A stretch of DNA of 64,000 nt from an uncultured Rhodospirillaceae bacterium (lineage in GTDB: Bacteria; Pseudomonadota; Alphaproteobacteria; UBA7887), in the NCBI GenBank assembly GCA_964515905.1, contig CAZEWK010000089.1, forward strand, positions 13,719-77,718. Reading direction: 5' to 3'. Positions 1 through 10,083 of the stretch are shown one piece after another. The position numbers and the translations under genes are program-made. Each line of letters starts with the position of its first letter. Position 1 is the first letter of the stretch. The notes beneath the pieces are model-generated. The model was not told where the DNA came from, did no database searches, and worked only from the letters and a program-made list of their open reading frames with translations.

Positions 1-363
1 TCATCCTGCTCCGTCACGAAAATAATTTGATAAGCACGCTACCCAAACTCTCTGCTAAACGCTCTAGAATTACCGCAGACCGATTCTATTAGAGGATAGA
101 GTTCCACAGATTGTTATTTCGTTTCTAGTTTCCTCGTCTATTAGAATTAGAATCGGACGCCGCAGCCTCATACTCCCTAGTTGAATAGGGTGGAAACAAC
201 CACACATCAGGCTATTTTCCGTAGTGTTTTATAGCGGTTTTAGTGATAAATTTAGCCAATCAATGCTTGTCACCACGGAAAAAGTTTAGAAAGTATCCCG
301 CTCCTTCAGTAAATCTGTTAGAATTACCGGTAACTATACTTGCAACCAGGCTGAATTATCACC

Positions 364-768
364 TTGCCCGAACATGAAACGATTCTCGAGGTAAAGAGTG
401 GCTTAGAACAACGCTTCAGCGTTGCTTGTGCTGTTGCTTTCTTATTAATCGGTGTCTACCCCCTAGTGAACGATGGCAACGTGCGCCTTTGGTGCCTTCT
501 TGCAGCAGCCATTTCTTGTCTGGTTGGACTTATTTCGCCGAGAGCTTTGGTTATACCCACTAAGATGTGTTTTAAAATTATTAGGGTCCTTAGCGCTGTG
601 CTAACCCAGATTCTGTTAGTATTAGTTTACTTTAGTTCTGTTGTGCCAACAGGATTAATTGTGAGATTAATGGGAAGAGATTCATTGCGACTGACCCCAA
701 ATAAAAATGCCAAATCATATTGGATCACACGCAAACAACCACTTGGATCCATGAAGGACCAATTTTAA
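364..768 (+). CDS. SxtJ-family small membrane protein
   Basis: 134 aa with hydrophobic segments. C-terminal motif GRDSLRL...NAKSYWITRK matches SxtJ-like proteins that accompany carbamoyltransferases. Confidence 0.65.
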   Translation: MPEHETILEVKSGLEQRFSVACAVAFLLIGVYPLVNDGNVRLWCLLAAAISCLVGLISPRALVIPTKMCFKIIRVLSAVLTQILLVLVYFSSVVPTGLIVRLMGRDSLRLTPNKNAKSYWITRKQPLGSMKDQF

Positions 769-804
769 AAACAGGGAAATCCATCATACTAAGGAGCCAT
801 ATCG

Positions 805-1035
805 ATGACATTAGTAGCAGAGTTATGGAAATTTCTACGCATTCGACGTAAATTTTGGTTGCTCCCTGTCGCATCTGTCATGGCCATGGCCTGCGTACCT
901 AGTGCCCTAGCGCACGGCCCACCTTCTAATCCACTCATGTACAAAATGTGGGACCATTGGTGTCCGGTAGAACATGAGACAATATTTGTCGGTACGGGAG
1001 AAGAATGCAATTGGTGTGGTCGGCATGAGTACTAA
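805..1035 (+). CDS. DUF5989 (SxtK-like) small membrane protein with Cys-rich C-terminal extension
   Basis: N-terminus MTLVAELWKFLRIRRKFWLLP...MYKMW matches the DUF5989 consensus. It has an extra ~28 aa tail containing CPVEH...CNWC. It lies between the sxtJ-like gene and the carbamoyltransferase. Confidence 0.55.
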   Translation: MTLVAELWKFLRIRRKFWLLPVASVMAMACVPSALAHGPPSNPLMYKMWDHWCPVEHETIFVGTGEECNWCGRHEY

Positions 1036-1094
1036 AAACGTTCCTCTATAACCCTAGAACTTGATTTTATAATATTACAGATCTGACCTAATCA

Positions 1095-2930
1095 GTGACA
1101 GCAATACTTGGTATCTCCGCATTCTACCATGACAGCGCAGCAGCGCTGGTCATTGACGGTGAAATTATTGCTGCTGCACAAGAGGAGCGCTTTACACGAA
1201 AAAAACACGATGCTAGCTATCCTGCACAGGCTATCAATTATGTGCTCGAACAAGTTGGCCTGACACTCGACCAAGTTGATCATATTGCTTTCTACGACAA
1301 ACCGTTTCTAAAGTTTGAAAGGCTGTTGGAAACCTACATCGCTTACGCTCCAAAAGGGCTAAGACAGTTCAACCAAGCTATGCCAATTTGGATGCGTGAG
1401 AAACTTTTCTTAAAGAAAAGGCTCACAGAGGAACTATCAAAACTCTACCCTAACTTTGATGATAAAAAACTGTTGTTTGGAGAGCACCATTTTAGCCACG
1501 CTGCCAGCGCGTTTTATCCGTCTCCATTTGAGAAGGCGGTGGTCTTGACGCTTGATGGGGTTGGTGAATGGGCAACAACAACTGTCGCAGTCGGCACAGG
1601 CAACCGCCTGGATATTGTCAAGGAAATCCATTTCCCCCACTCCATTGGTCTGCTGTATGCGGCATTCACCCACTACATTGGTTTTCGAGTAAACAGCGGC
1701 GAATACAAAGTGATGGGATTGGCACCATACGGAACCCCACACTATAGAGACCTGATATTAGAGAATCTCATTGATCTAAAAACCGATGGTTCGTTCTGGC
1801 TGGACCAATCCTACTTCAGCTATGCGACCGGTTTCACTATGACCAACAAAAAGTTTTCTAGGTTGTTTGGACAACCTCCAAGAAAGGCCGACTCGGATCC
1901 ACTGACACCATTCCATATGGATATTGCTGCATCTGTACAATCAGTGACAGAGGAGATAGTACTTCACATGACGAGAGCCTTAGCAGCAGAATACAAGATT
2001 CCAAATCTCTGCATGGCGGGTGGTGTAGCTCTAAACTGTGTGGTTAACGGGAAAATACATAGAGACCGCGCCTTCGAGAGACTTTGGATTCAGCCGGCCG
2101 CAGGCGATGCCGGTGGCGCATTGGGAGCGGCTCTGTCTGTCTGGCACAAAGAGCTAGGTAAACCTCGAATAGTAGATAAAAATGACTCCATGAAAGGGAC
2201 GTATCTTGGTCCCGAATTCGAGCAATCTGAAATCGAATCAGCACTTAGACACAGTGGTGCGAGATTTAGGATAGTTGACGAAGAAGATATGCTTGAAGAA
2301 ACCGCAGCAGCACTCTCAGAAGGCAAGGCGGTAGGTTGGTTTCAAGGACGGATGGAATTTGGACCAAGGGCGTTAGGTGGACGATCAATCCTCGCAGATC
2401 CACGCTCGACAACAATGCAAAAAATGCTAAATCTTAAGGTTAAATATCGGGAAAGTTTTCGCCCATTCGCTCCGTCTGTTCTTAGAGAAGACGTGTCCGA
2501 ATGGTTTGAGATGGATAACGATAGTCCGTACATGCTATTGGTCCATGGAATAAAAAAAGAGAAACGTCGAAAAATGAGCCGAGAGGAAGAAAAGCTGTTC
2601 GGCATAGAGAAACTAAACGTGAACCGCTCCACAATCCCTGCTGTCACACATGTTGACTATTCCGCTAGGATTCAAACAGTGCACGAGCGGACAAATCCTA
2701 AATACCATGCCCTCATTAAAAAGTTTAAAGAAAAAACGGGATGTCCCGTAGTCGTTAACACGTCCTTCAATGTGCGTGGAGAACCAATCGTGGATTCACC
2801 GGCAAACGCCTTTCGGTGTTTTATGGGTACTGACATTGATTTACTGGTAGTAGGAAATTGTATGTTAGAGAAACAAAATCAAAATATGACATTGGTTGAA
2901 GATTACAAAGCCAAATATCAAAGGGACTAA
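1095..2930 (+). CDS. carbamoyltransferase (NodU/CmcH/SxtI family)
   Basis: 611 aa with GTG start. N-terminus ILGISAFYHDSAAALV and the C-terminal YrdC/Kae1-like fold are typical of O-carbamoyltransferases. Confidence 0.85.
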   Translation: MTAILGISAFYHDSAAALVIDGEIIAAAQEERFTRKKHDASYPAQAINYVLEQVGLTLDQVDHIAFYDKPFLKFERLLETYIAYAPKGLRQFNQAMPIWMREKLFLKKRLTEELSKLYPNFDDKKLLFGEHHFSHAASAFYPSPFEKAVVLTLDGVGEWATTTVAVGTGNRLDIVKEIHFPHSIGLLYAAFTHYIGFRVNSGEYKVMGLAPYGTPHYRDLILENLIDLKTDGSFWLDQSYFSYATGFTMTNKKFSRLFGQPPRKADSDPLTPFHMDIAASVQSVTEEIVLHMTRALAAEYKIPNLCMAGGVALNCVVNGKIHRDRAFERLWIQPAAGDAGGALGAALSVWHKELGKPRIVDKNDSMKGTYLGPEFEQSEIESALRHSGARFRIVDEEDMLEETAAALSEGKAVGWFQGRMEFGPRALGGRSILADPRSTTMQKMLNLKVKYRESFRPFAPSVLREDVSEWFEMDNDSPYMLLVHGIKKEKRRKMSREEEKLFGIEKLNVNRSTIPAVTHVDYSARIQTVHERTNPKYHALIKKFKEKTGCPVVVNTSFNVRGEPIVDSPANAFRCFMGTDIDLLVVGNCMLEKQNQNMTLVEDYKAKYQRD

Positions 2931-3318
2931 CAATGTCGCCGGCTTAGACAGCAACTATTACAAAGCGGAGCAATCAAAGTACCAACCCAAATAGATTTGA
3001 TGCTCAATACATATACACTGAATAAATCCGGTTGAACGCTAGGATTTTAGGAAAGAAAAACTCCTATCATAATTGGTAGAAACCAAATTGATGCGAAGCA
3101 GACCGTCATAGATAGCCACATTAAATTTCTTCGAGCTTTTAAAAACCTACAAAACTCCAACCCAAAGGATAATTTGCTCATATCTTTGGTCCAACTCCCA
3201 AATAGTTTGCGTTACACGATTGCTGTTCGATTACTATCGTACCTACTTCAAACGAAATACAATTTATATTTTGCAAACATTTTCTGGTTCTGGGCCCAAG
3301 ACTTAATCGTAAGTAAGT

Positions 3319-3771
3319 TTACAGCGCCTGGCGCCCTTTTGCGATACTCACACGCATTGCAAACTCCTGTGTGTAATGAAAGAAATCGGTCTCAGTAACC
3401 AAATTCTTTGTGGCCATTATTGCGAAATCAACGGTCTCTTGTGTCGGAATATTATCTGGCGTAACTAGGCCCAATTCGCGTGCTTCCTTCAAAATTGATG
3501 AAATAGTGGATGGATTGGCGTCCGTTAATCGAGAAAGTTTAGCATTTGTTATCAACACCTTAGAATAATAGTGATCCATTAAATGATGCAAACAACTTAG
3601 ATTAGTTCGGTTGCGCTGCCAAAATTGAGGATTAACAGATGGCGACTTAGCGCGCAAATTTTTTCGATGCAGTTCTAGTTCCACCGCTGCCTTAGTATAA
3701 GCTCGGTGAATGAGTGGTAGAAATATTTCGTCACGGAGTTCATCCCATTTGGCGACATCTGTTTGCGTCAT
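3319..3771 (-). CDS. hypothetical protein with putative helix-turn-helix segment
   Basis: 150-aa ORF, divergent from the carboxyltransferase gene. The segment LSRLTDANPSTISSILKEARELGLV resembles a wHTH. No confident family assignment. Confidence 0.35.
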   Translation of the reverse strand: MTQTDVAKWDELRDEIFLPLIHRAYTKAAVELELHRKNLRAKSPSVNPQFWQRNRTNLSCLHHLMDHYYSKVLITNAKLSRLTDANPSTISSILKEARELGLVTPDNIPTQETVDFAIMATKNLVTETDFFHYTQEFAMRVSIAKGRQAL

Positions 3772-4110
3772 TTTTATAACCTTTTCTATCCATAAATGTG
3801 GAATACTTGCTGTGCATAATGTTTGAAAAAGTATACAATTGTGGCATTAAAGAGATGAATAAAGAATATTGGAATACTCAATATCGATTACCAAACTGAT
3901 TTTTATATTTGAACGCTCCCGGAAAAACGACCCTGAAGCAGCTCCAATTTCGTTTGAATAATGGACATAAACACTGGGCAAGAATCCTCTTGTAAAGAAT
4001 ATTAAGGGCTTGATTTGGGCCACCATGCTCCATAGCTTACTAGTGTTACCATATTATTTTTCATAACTTTTTATTAGACCCAAAGCCCGTGAATTAACGA
4101 TTTGTAACCC

Positions 4111-5658
4111 ATGACTTGGCAAAAAGAACTTGATGAATTACGTCGACGCGAAGCGTTTGCGGAAGAGTTAGGCGGCAAGGATAAAGTTAAACGTCAAAAA
4201 GACGGTGGCCGCTATACAGTCCGAGAACGCGTGCTGCTGCTAGCCGATGAAGGTTCGTTCCATGAGCGAGGTAAAATCGCGGGCGTGGCCGATTATGATT
4301 CCAATAATGACCTGTCAAAATTTACACCGTCCAATTTTATATTTGGCAAAGCAGAGGTAAATGGACGCCCAGTTGTTATTGGCGGAGACGACTTCACCGT
4401 TCGAGGCGGTTCTGCGGATGCTACAATTCGCGCAAAACACGTTATGTGCGAAGAAATGGCAAATGCGCTACAAATTCCACTGATTCGCCTGGTCGAAGGT
4501 TCTGGAGGGGGTGGCTCAGTTAAAACAATAGAGACAACCGGGCGTGCGAACATTCCCGAGCTCGAAGGATGGGAGTTATTGGTTAGCAACATAGGCACTG
4601 TACCTCGTGTAGCGTTAGGTCTAGGCTCTGTCGCTGGGCTCGGCGCCGCTCATCTTGCAGCATCGCACTATGCTGTAATGGTGAAAGAGAAGTCAGCACT
4701 CTTTGTGGCTGGCCCGCCCGTCGTGGCGCGAATCGGGGAAACACTGAGCAAAAATGAACTAGGTGGGTACCAGATACACCTCAAATCCGGAGCTGTAGAC
4801 CACGCGGTAGATTCTGAAGAGGAAGCGTTCGAGTGTGCTCGAAAATTTCTATCTTATTTACCAAATTCAACCTATGAACTTCCTGCTCGTGGTCCCCAAA
4901 ACGACGATCCTGATCGAGAAATAGACTGGCTGATTAACGCCATCCCCAGAAACACCCGAAAAATCTACAAAATGCGGCCGATAGTGGACGCGATAGTAGA
5001 CAACGGGTCTTTTTTTGAGATGGGCCAGCAGTATGGGAGGTCCGTAATTACCGGTTTTGCCAGATTAGACGGCTGGCCCGTCGCCCTCATGGCTAGTGAT
5101 CCCTACTCTTATGGGGGATGCTGGACGGCTGATACTTGCAAGAAAGTGACAAAATTTGTCGACTTAGCAGAAAGTTTTCACCTGCCGGTAGTTTATCTTG
5201 TTGACTGTCCGGGCTTTCAAATTGGATTACAGGCAGAGAAAAACGGGACCATCAAGGAAGGGGTGCGTGCCATGACCGCGATGTGGCAAACCACCACTCC
5301 ATGGTGCACCGTTGTGGTACGCAATTGTTTCGGGGTAGCTGGAGCTGCCCACAAAAACGGTGGAAGATATTGTACTCGATATGCCTGGCCCTCAGGGCGT
5401 TGGGGGTCTCTACCCCTTGAAGGCGGTATTGAAGCAGCTTACAGAGCCGACATTGAAGCTGCTGAGAACCCAGCTGCAAAATTGGGTGAAATTGAAGACC
5501 AACTGAACAAGCTTAGGTCGCCTTTTCGATCAGCAGAAACGTTTTGGATAGAGGAGATTGTCGATCCTAGGACGACACGGTCGCTACTTTGTGATTTTGC
5601 AAACAGCTCGGCCTCACTGCGCGTACCCGGGGTACGTAAATTTGCAATGCGCCCTTGA
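4111..5658 (+). CDS. acyl-CoA carboxylase carboxyltransferase subunit (PccB/AccD5-like)
   Basis: 515 aa. Carboxyl transferase domain motifs (GGSADATIRAKHV, LVDCPGF...) are typical of propionyl/methylcrotonyl-CoA carboxylase beta chains. Confidence 0.8.
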   Translation: MTWQKELDELRRREAFAEELGGKDKVKRQKDGGRYTVRERVLLLADEGSFHERGKIAGVADYDSNNDLSKFTPSNFIFGKAEVNGRPVVIGGDDFTVRGGSADATIRAKHVMCEEMANALQIPLIRLVEGSGGGGSVKTIETTGRANIPELEGWELLVSNIGTVPRVALGLGSVAGLGAAHLAASHYAVMVKEKSALFVAGPPVVARIGETLSKNELGGYQIHLKSGAVDHAVDSEEEAFECARKFLSYLPNSTYELPARGPQNDDPDREIDWLINAIPRNTRKIYKMRPIVDAIVDNGSFFEMGQQYGRSVITGFARLDGWPVALMASDPYSYGGCWTADTCKKVTKFVDLAESFHLPVVYLVDCPGFQIGLQAEKNGTIKEGVRAMTAMWQTTTPWCTVVVRNCFGVAGAAHKNGGRYCTRYAWPSGRWGSLPLEGGIEAAYRADIEAAENPAAKLGEIEDQLNKLRSPFRSAETFWIEEIVDPRTTRSLLCDFANSSASLRVPGVRKFAMRP

Positions 5659-5749
5659 CTAAAGCAAAAAGTTTTCTCAATTTTGCTTCTTCTTTCTGAA
5701 GTAAGACCATATGAAAATAGTTTCATAATACAGTAAAAGGGGCAACGTA

Positions 5750-6073
5750 ATGGCATTTTATGAGCTACGTAAGTACACCATTCGCAAGGGGAAAATGGCT
5801 GAATGGCTAAAATTGATGGAATCCGAGATTATTCCCTTCCAAGTATCCAAAGGCATGGTAATTACTGGATCTTTCAGAGGTGAATCTGACGATAGCGTTT
5901 ACATTTGGCTACGCAGGTTCAACACTGAAAAAGAGCGTGAACGTCTATACAAGGCCGTGTATGAGGATGAACACTGGACCAATAATATTGCGCCACGCGT
6001 CGGGAAACTGATGAACCGTGAAAAAATTGAAATTCAAAGAATTGTCCCCACTAAAAAATCTACGGCCCAATAA
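5750..6073 (+). CDS. NIPSNAP family protein
   Basis: 107 aa, MAFYELRKYTI...W pattern of the NIPSNAP dimeric alpha/beta barrel. RBS AAAGGGG upstream. Confidence 0.6.
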   Translation: MAFYELRKYTIRKGKMAEWLKLMESEIIPFQVSKGMVITGSFRGESDDSVYIWLRRFNTEKERERLYKAVYEDEHWTNNIAPRVGKLMNREKIEIQRIVPTKKSTAQ

Positions 6074-6086
6074 TAGCCGAGTTTAG

Positions 6087-6515
6087 TTAGACAAACTCCA
6101 CGAGATTGAGTTCAAAAGTAAGTGTTCGTCCAGCCAATGGGTGGTTAGCATCAAGTGCAACATTACGGTTGCTGAATTCGAGCACCTGCAACTGAATTTG
6201 GTTGCCACTAGGGTCCTCGGCTTCGAAGATAGTACCTATTTCTAACTCAATCTCGTTTGGTATAGACGTGCGCTCAACATTGTGGACGTTATGTGGATCA
6301 CGCATGCCATACGCTTCTTTCGGAGTAAGGGTGGCATTTTTTGTTTCACCAGCGGCCATACCGACAAGCGCCGTTTCAAATCCCCGAATTACTTGGCCAC
6401 TCCCAATCGTTAATTCTAGTGGTTCATCCTCTAGAGAACTATCAAACTCCGTGCCATCCAAAAGGGTTCCTGTGTAGTGGACCCGAACTGTGTCCCCAAC
6501 CTTAGCCAGTCGCAT
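6087..6515 (-). CDS. FKBP-type peptidyl-prolyl cis-trans isomerase (SlyD/FkpB-like)
   Basis: 142 aa, GDTVRVHYTGTLLDGTEFDSS...GSGQVIRGFE FKBP signature. Confidence 0.8.
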   Translation of the reverse strand: MRLAKVGDTVRVHYTGTLLDGTEFDSSLEDEPLELTIGSGQVIRGFETALVGMAAGETKNATLTPKEAYGMRDPHNVHNVERTSIPNEIELEIGTIFEAEDPSGNQIQLQVLEFSNRNVALDANHPLAGRTLTFELNLVEFV

Positions 6516-6713
6516 CTAGAGCCTCAGACAATTATATCCGTCACATAGTTCATTTGAGAAACCTAAAAAATTGTATCTATATAGTCTGTAACAACAACTC
6601 TAAAGTCTATATTTAAGCTAGTTGTTTGGCTCAATCTAATTATGATACCTCAGTAATTGCCGCATCTGTAAGAAGCCTTAATCTATAATAAATTTCACAA
6701 ATTACACACTTAC

Positions 6714-6746
6714 GTATAAAAAAGAAGACCCGCATTACTGCGGGCC
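6714..6746 (-). terminator. intrinsic terminator downstream of cspA
   Basis: On the minus strand, GC-rich hairpin GGCCCGCA-GTAA-TGCGGGTC (6727-6746) followed by a U-tract (plus-strand A-run 6714-6726). Confidence 0.5.
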
Positions 6747-6771
6747 CTCTAGTTCACTTCTAAAATTAGTT

Positions 6772-6981
6772 TCACTCAGACACTGTGAGGTTCTCAGCGG
6801 AACTTTTACCATTTCGTCCGGGCTCTAACTCGTAGTTAACCCTCTGACCTTCTTGTAATGTGGATAAACCTGCCCGCTCTACAGCGGAGATATGAACGAA
6901 GGCATCAGAACCACCCTCATCGGGGGTAATAAAACCGAAACCTTTGACCGGGTTGAACCACTTAACGGTCCCTGTAGCCAT
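6772..6981 (-). CDS. cspA: cold-shock protein CspA family
   Basis: 69 aa, GTVKWFNPVKGFGFI RNP1 and FVHISAV motifs. Confidence 0.9.
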   Translation of the reverse strand: MATGTVKWFNPVKGFGFITPDEGGSDAFVHISAVERAGLSTLQEGQRVNYELEPGRNGKSSAENLTVSE

Positions 6982-7210
6982 TTATACTTCCTCTACATAA
7001 ATTTTAGACTCCGTGGAATACACGGCAAACATACCAGTTCGACGAACCACATGGTGAATCTGTGCTTAATCTCAAGGAACAAAGCAAAGTACATTAGGGA
7101 CCCGAAGACCTGGTATCACTCTATATGACGAGATAAGCCGATAAAAACAAGGTTTACGTTTATTAATTTTTGCCTGATACATTCTTCGCAACCAAAAAGG
7201 AGCCGATTAC

Positions 7211-7846
7211 ATGTACACCCCAGAGCATTTTGAGCTGAAAAATCCCAAGCTTATTGAAGAAATCGTGCATGAAAATAGCTTTGCCACCCTGGTGACGCGA
7301 ACTGGCGAAAGCGTGACGGCTAGCCACTTACCCCTTTTATGGCATGGCAATGGCTCGGATAATGGCATCATTCAGGGGCATATGGCTCGAAATAACTCCC
7401 AATGGCACGATTTCGCTTTAAATAAGGAGGTTCTAGCAATTTTCACCGGATGCCACGGCTACATTTCCCCCACTTGGTATTCTGTATATCCCGCCGTTCC
7501 CACTTGGAATTATACAGCAGTCCACATATATGGAGCCGCAACCATCATACAGGACCCAGTATCTGTCCGTGCATTGCTTAAAAGGATGGTGGCCATTTTT
7601 GACCATGACCCTTCATCGGCATGGCCAAAGAATCAAAGCCACGAAACACTAATTACGGAAATGGTCCCTAATATAGTTACATTTGAAATAGCAATCTCGC
7701 GGATTGAAGCAAAGGCGAAATTAAGCCAAAACCGAAAACCTGATGAACAACAAAATATTGTATCCATGCTCAAAAGTTCTACCCAAAACGAGAGCAAAGC
7801 CTTGGCACATTTTATGGAAACTTTTTTTTTGGGGCCCAGAAAATAA
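7211..7846 (+). CDS. FMN-binding negative transcriptional regulator PaiB family
   Basis: 211 aa, N-terminus MYTPEHFELKNPKLIEEIVHENSFATLVT typical of PaiB. Confidence 0.7.
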   Translation: MYTPEHFELKNPKLIEEIVHENSFATLVTRTGESVTASHLPLLWHGNGSDNGIIQGHMARNNSQWHDFALNKEVLAIFTGCHGYISPTWYSVYPAVPTWNYTAVHIYGAATIIQDPVSVRALLKRMVAIFDHDPSSAWPKNQSHETLITEMVPNIVTFEIAISRIEAKAKLSQNRKPDEQQNIVSMLKSSTQNESKALAHFMETFFLGPRK

Positions 7847-8051
7847 AAAGATAATCCCGCATTAAAGGCAGCCAACGCACCTGGAGTAAAAAGTTATGAG
7901 ACACTTTTAATCGATGTAGATAGTTGTCCATTCCTTCTATTGCCGACTAATACTTTTGACAATCTATGTGACCAAAGTCGATTGGTTAGTATACTACACC
8001 GCCCCACTTAATGACTCATCCCGTGGCAAGCAGATCATATCGTTGCTCAAC

Positions 8052-8726
8052 CTATTTATTATGGAAAGTGGCAAAATTCTTAACAGGTTCACGCACAGTG
8101 ACTAAGCTGTTTTGAGGTGCTGTCGCATCCTCATAACCTAGGCTCATCCCAACATGGACTACCTCGTGGTTTTCCAGGCCCAACTCCTCTTCCACAACTG
8201 TATGAAAGTTCCCCCAAGAAGCTTGCGGACAAGTGTGGAGGTCCTGACCCCTGGCCGCAATACAAATATTCTGCAAAAACATTCCATAATCTAACCAGCT
8301 CATCCACCCCATATCTCGATCTATCGTGAAAATCATCCCAACGGGGGCACCAAAGAATTGGAAATTCATCGAATGAAATTTTTGGGTCTTCTCACGATCA
8401 CCCTTTTTTATACCTGCTAACCCATACAAATCCCAGCCCACCTTCCGACGGCGTGCAAGATAGGGGTCTCGCCATTTCTCAAGGTAATGAGTACGATCAT
8501 TACTATGTTTATCAGATTCATTCCAAAAAGCGCTGAGTACTCTTTCTGATAACCGACTGAGTGCCGACCCTGTAAAAACATGCACACTCCATGGCTGCGT
8601 ATTGGTTCCGCTAGGTGCCCTACTGGCTACTCCCAGAATGTGTTCTATCGTATCTTGGGAAACCGGTGTTGGAAGATAACCACGCACCGATCGTCTACTT
8701 AAGATAGCCTCATCTACGGTTAACAT
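8052..8726 (-). CDS. NAD(P)H nitroreductase family protein
   Basis: 224 aa, RRSVRGYLPTPVSQDTIEHILGVASRAPSGTNTQPW nitroreductase signature. Confidence 0.8.
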   Translation of the reverse strand: MLTVDEAILSRRSVRGYLPTPVSQDTIEHILGVASRAPSGTNTQPWSVHVFTGSALSRLSERVLSAFWNESDKHSNDRTHYLEKWRDPYLARRRKVGWDLYGLAGIKKGDREKTQKFHSMNFQFFGAPVGMIFTIDRDMGWMSWLDYGMFLQNICIAARGQDLHTCPQASWGNFHTVVEEELGLENHEVVHVGMSLGYEDATAPQNSLVTVREPVKNFATFHNK

Positions 8727-8936
8727 ACCTATTCTTGATCCTTTGTTTTTACGGAATACTGGCCGGTAAGGCCTTCGTAGTAACAGTTTATCTTATTAAA
8801 AAGCTGATTACAGTTAGGCCAGCCTTTTAATTAATTGCCACGGCACCAGAAAACCTTTGTAGAAACTCGCAACAATTAAATGAACACCCACTAAATCACG
8901 TGAGTTCACTGACCCCACCAGAAATGATCGATTTAT

Positions 8937-9983
8937 TTACGAGTATACAGCCTCCACTTTTTCGAACTTTTCTAAATTATCTTCAAATTCTTTCAGCCGT
9001 TTCCAAATGGATCGCAACTCCGTGATCGTCGTCCAATTATGTAAAAATAAAGCGAACCCACCGTGGACTCTCCCAAACGCATTAGAGACTTGAACCAAAA
9101 CTCCTAAAGTTATCAACCCAGTGAAGAGCCCAGGGCCCATCAGCAGGTAAGGTACAACCGTCATTATCTGGTCATAACTATGCACCCAAATATTGAAGTA
9201 CCCGTAGTGCAAATAAAGTCGATGATAATTAAATCTTATTCCTAAAAACAACTCCCAGAGATTTTCAGGGCGAGCATGGTTTACTTTATCGTCTTCTCCA
9301 AGCACCAAGTCCTTACGAAATGCTGCCTCAACTTTTTGGTTATTATATTCAAGGCCTGGAAGTTTCCATCCCACAAACCATGAAATAATCAAACCGCCAA
9401 TTGATACTACTAAAGCCCCCCAAACTAGAGAACCTTCTATATCCCTTAAAATGGGAACATCAACTTTGTCACTTAGTCCGTATAAAATTGGAATGAATGC
9501 TATCAGTGTCATTACGGCTCTAACAATTTGCAATCCTAAGGATTCAATTATTCTGGCGAAGCGGTTGCAGTCTTCTTGGATTCTCTGAGAAGCACCCTCA
9601 ATTTCTTCCTCTACATTTCTCCATCTTGGAATATAGCCCCAAGTTATTGCCTGCCTCCATCGCAATCCGTAAATGCTGGTAAACCAGGCCGTCAACGTTG
9701 CGAGGACAACATAAGGCGCCGCAATTACCAGGAAGGATGCATCTCCCTCAAAACCGTTATTTACATAATCTAAAGATATCAATTGCTGGTAAAATGAGCT
9801 TATTCCTTCTTCCGGCTTATCAACGTAGTCCGCTGAATTTTGCAAAAGGTCATAAAACTTCCCATACCAGGTATTTAGAGCAACAGTCATTTGGACTTGT
9901 AGCCATATGGAAAAGATAAGGACCCCTCCCCCGCCATATGCCCAAAGGGCCCACTCTTTTGTTCTATAAAAGGATCGCAGCAT
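8937..9983 (-). CDS. sbmA: SbmA/BacA-family peptide transporter
   Basis: 348 aa polytopic membrane protein. NTWYGKFYDLLQ, QRIQEDCNRFA and KLPGLEYNNQKVEAAFRKDLVLGEDD align to E. coli SbmA motifs. Confidence 0.8.
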   Translation of the reverse strand: MLRSFYRTKEWALWAYGGGGVLIFSIWLQVQMTVALNTWYGKFYDLLQNSADYVDKPEEGISSFYQQLISLDYVNNGFEGDASFLVIAAPYVVLATLTAWFTSIYGLRWRQAITWGYIPRWRNVEEEIEGASQRIQEDCNRFARIIESLGLQIVRAVMTLIAFIPILYGLSDKVDVPILRDIEGSLVWGALVVSIGGLIISWFVGWKLPGLEYNNQKVEAAFRKDLVLGEDDKVNHARPENLWELFLGIRFNYHRLYLHYGYFNIWVHSYDQIMTVVPYLLMGPGLFTGLITLGVLVQVSNAFGRVHGGFALFLHNWTTITELRSIWKRLKEFEDNLEKFEKVEAVYS

Positions 9984-10083
9984 GATGAATAAATAAAGTA
10001 ATTAGCATATTTGAGAACATGTGTAGTCTGAAAGTAGCCTTTAAGTCTACAAAAGATAAGTTGTATTTAGGGAAACAAAAAGT

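Noticed and set aside
805-1035. Possible frameshift explaining the long C-terminal tail of the DUF5989 ORF
   Set aside because: The conserved DUF5989 core and the tail are in one continuous frame, and the other two frames hit stops within a few codons. I kept the tail as a real extension and reported it as a finding, not a pseudogene.
1437-2647. Several 66-101-aa minus-strand ORFs inside the carbamoyltransferase gene
   Set aside because: They lie entirely within a strongly supported 611-aa coding region on the opposite strand and resemble no known families. They are antisense artefacts. The same reasoning applies to the ORFs inside ccmF (16647-17286), uvrC, uvrB, ndvB and the other large genes.
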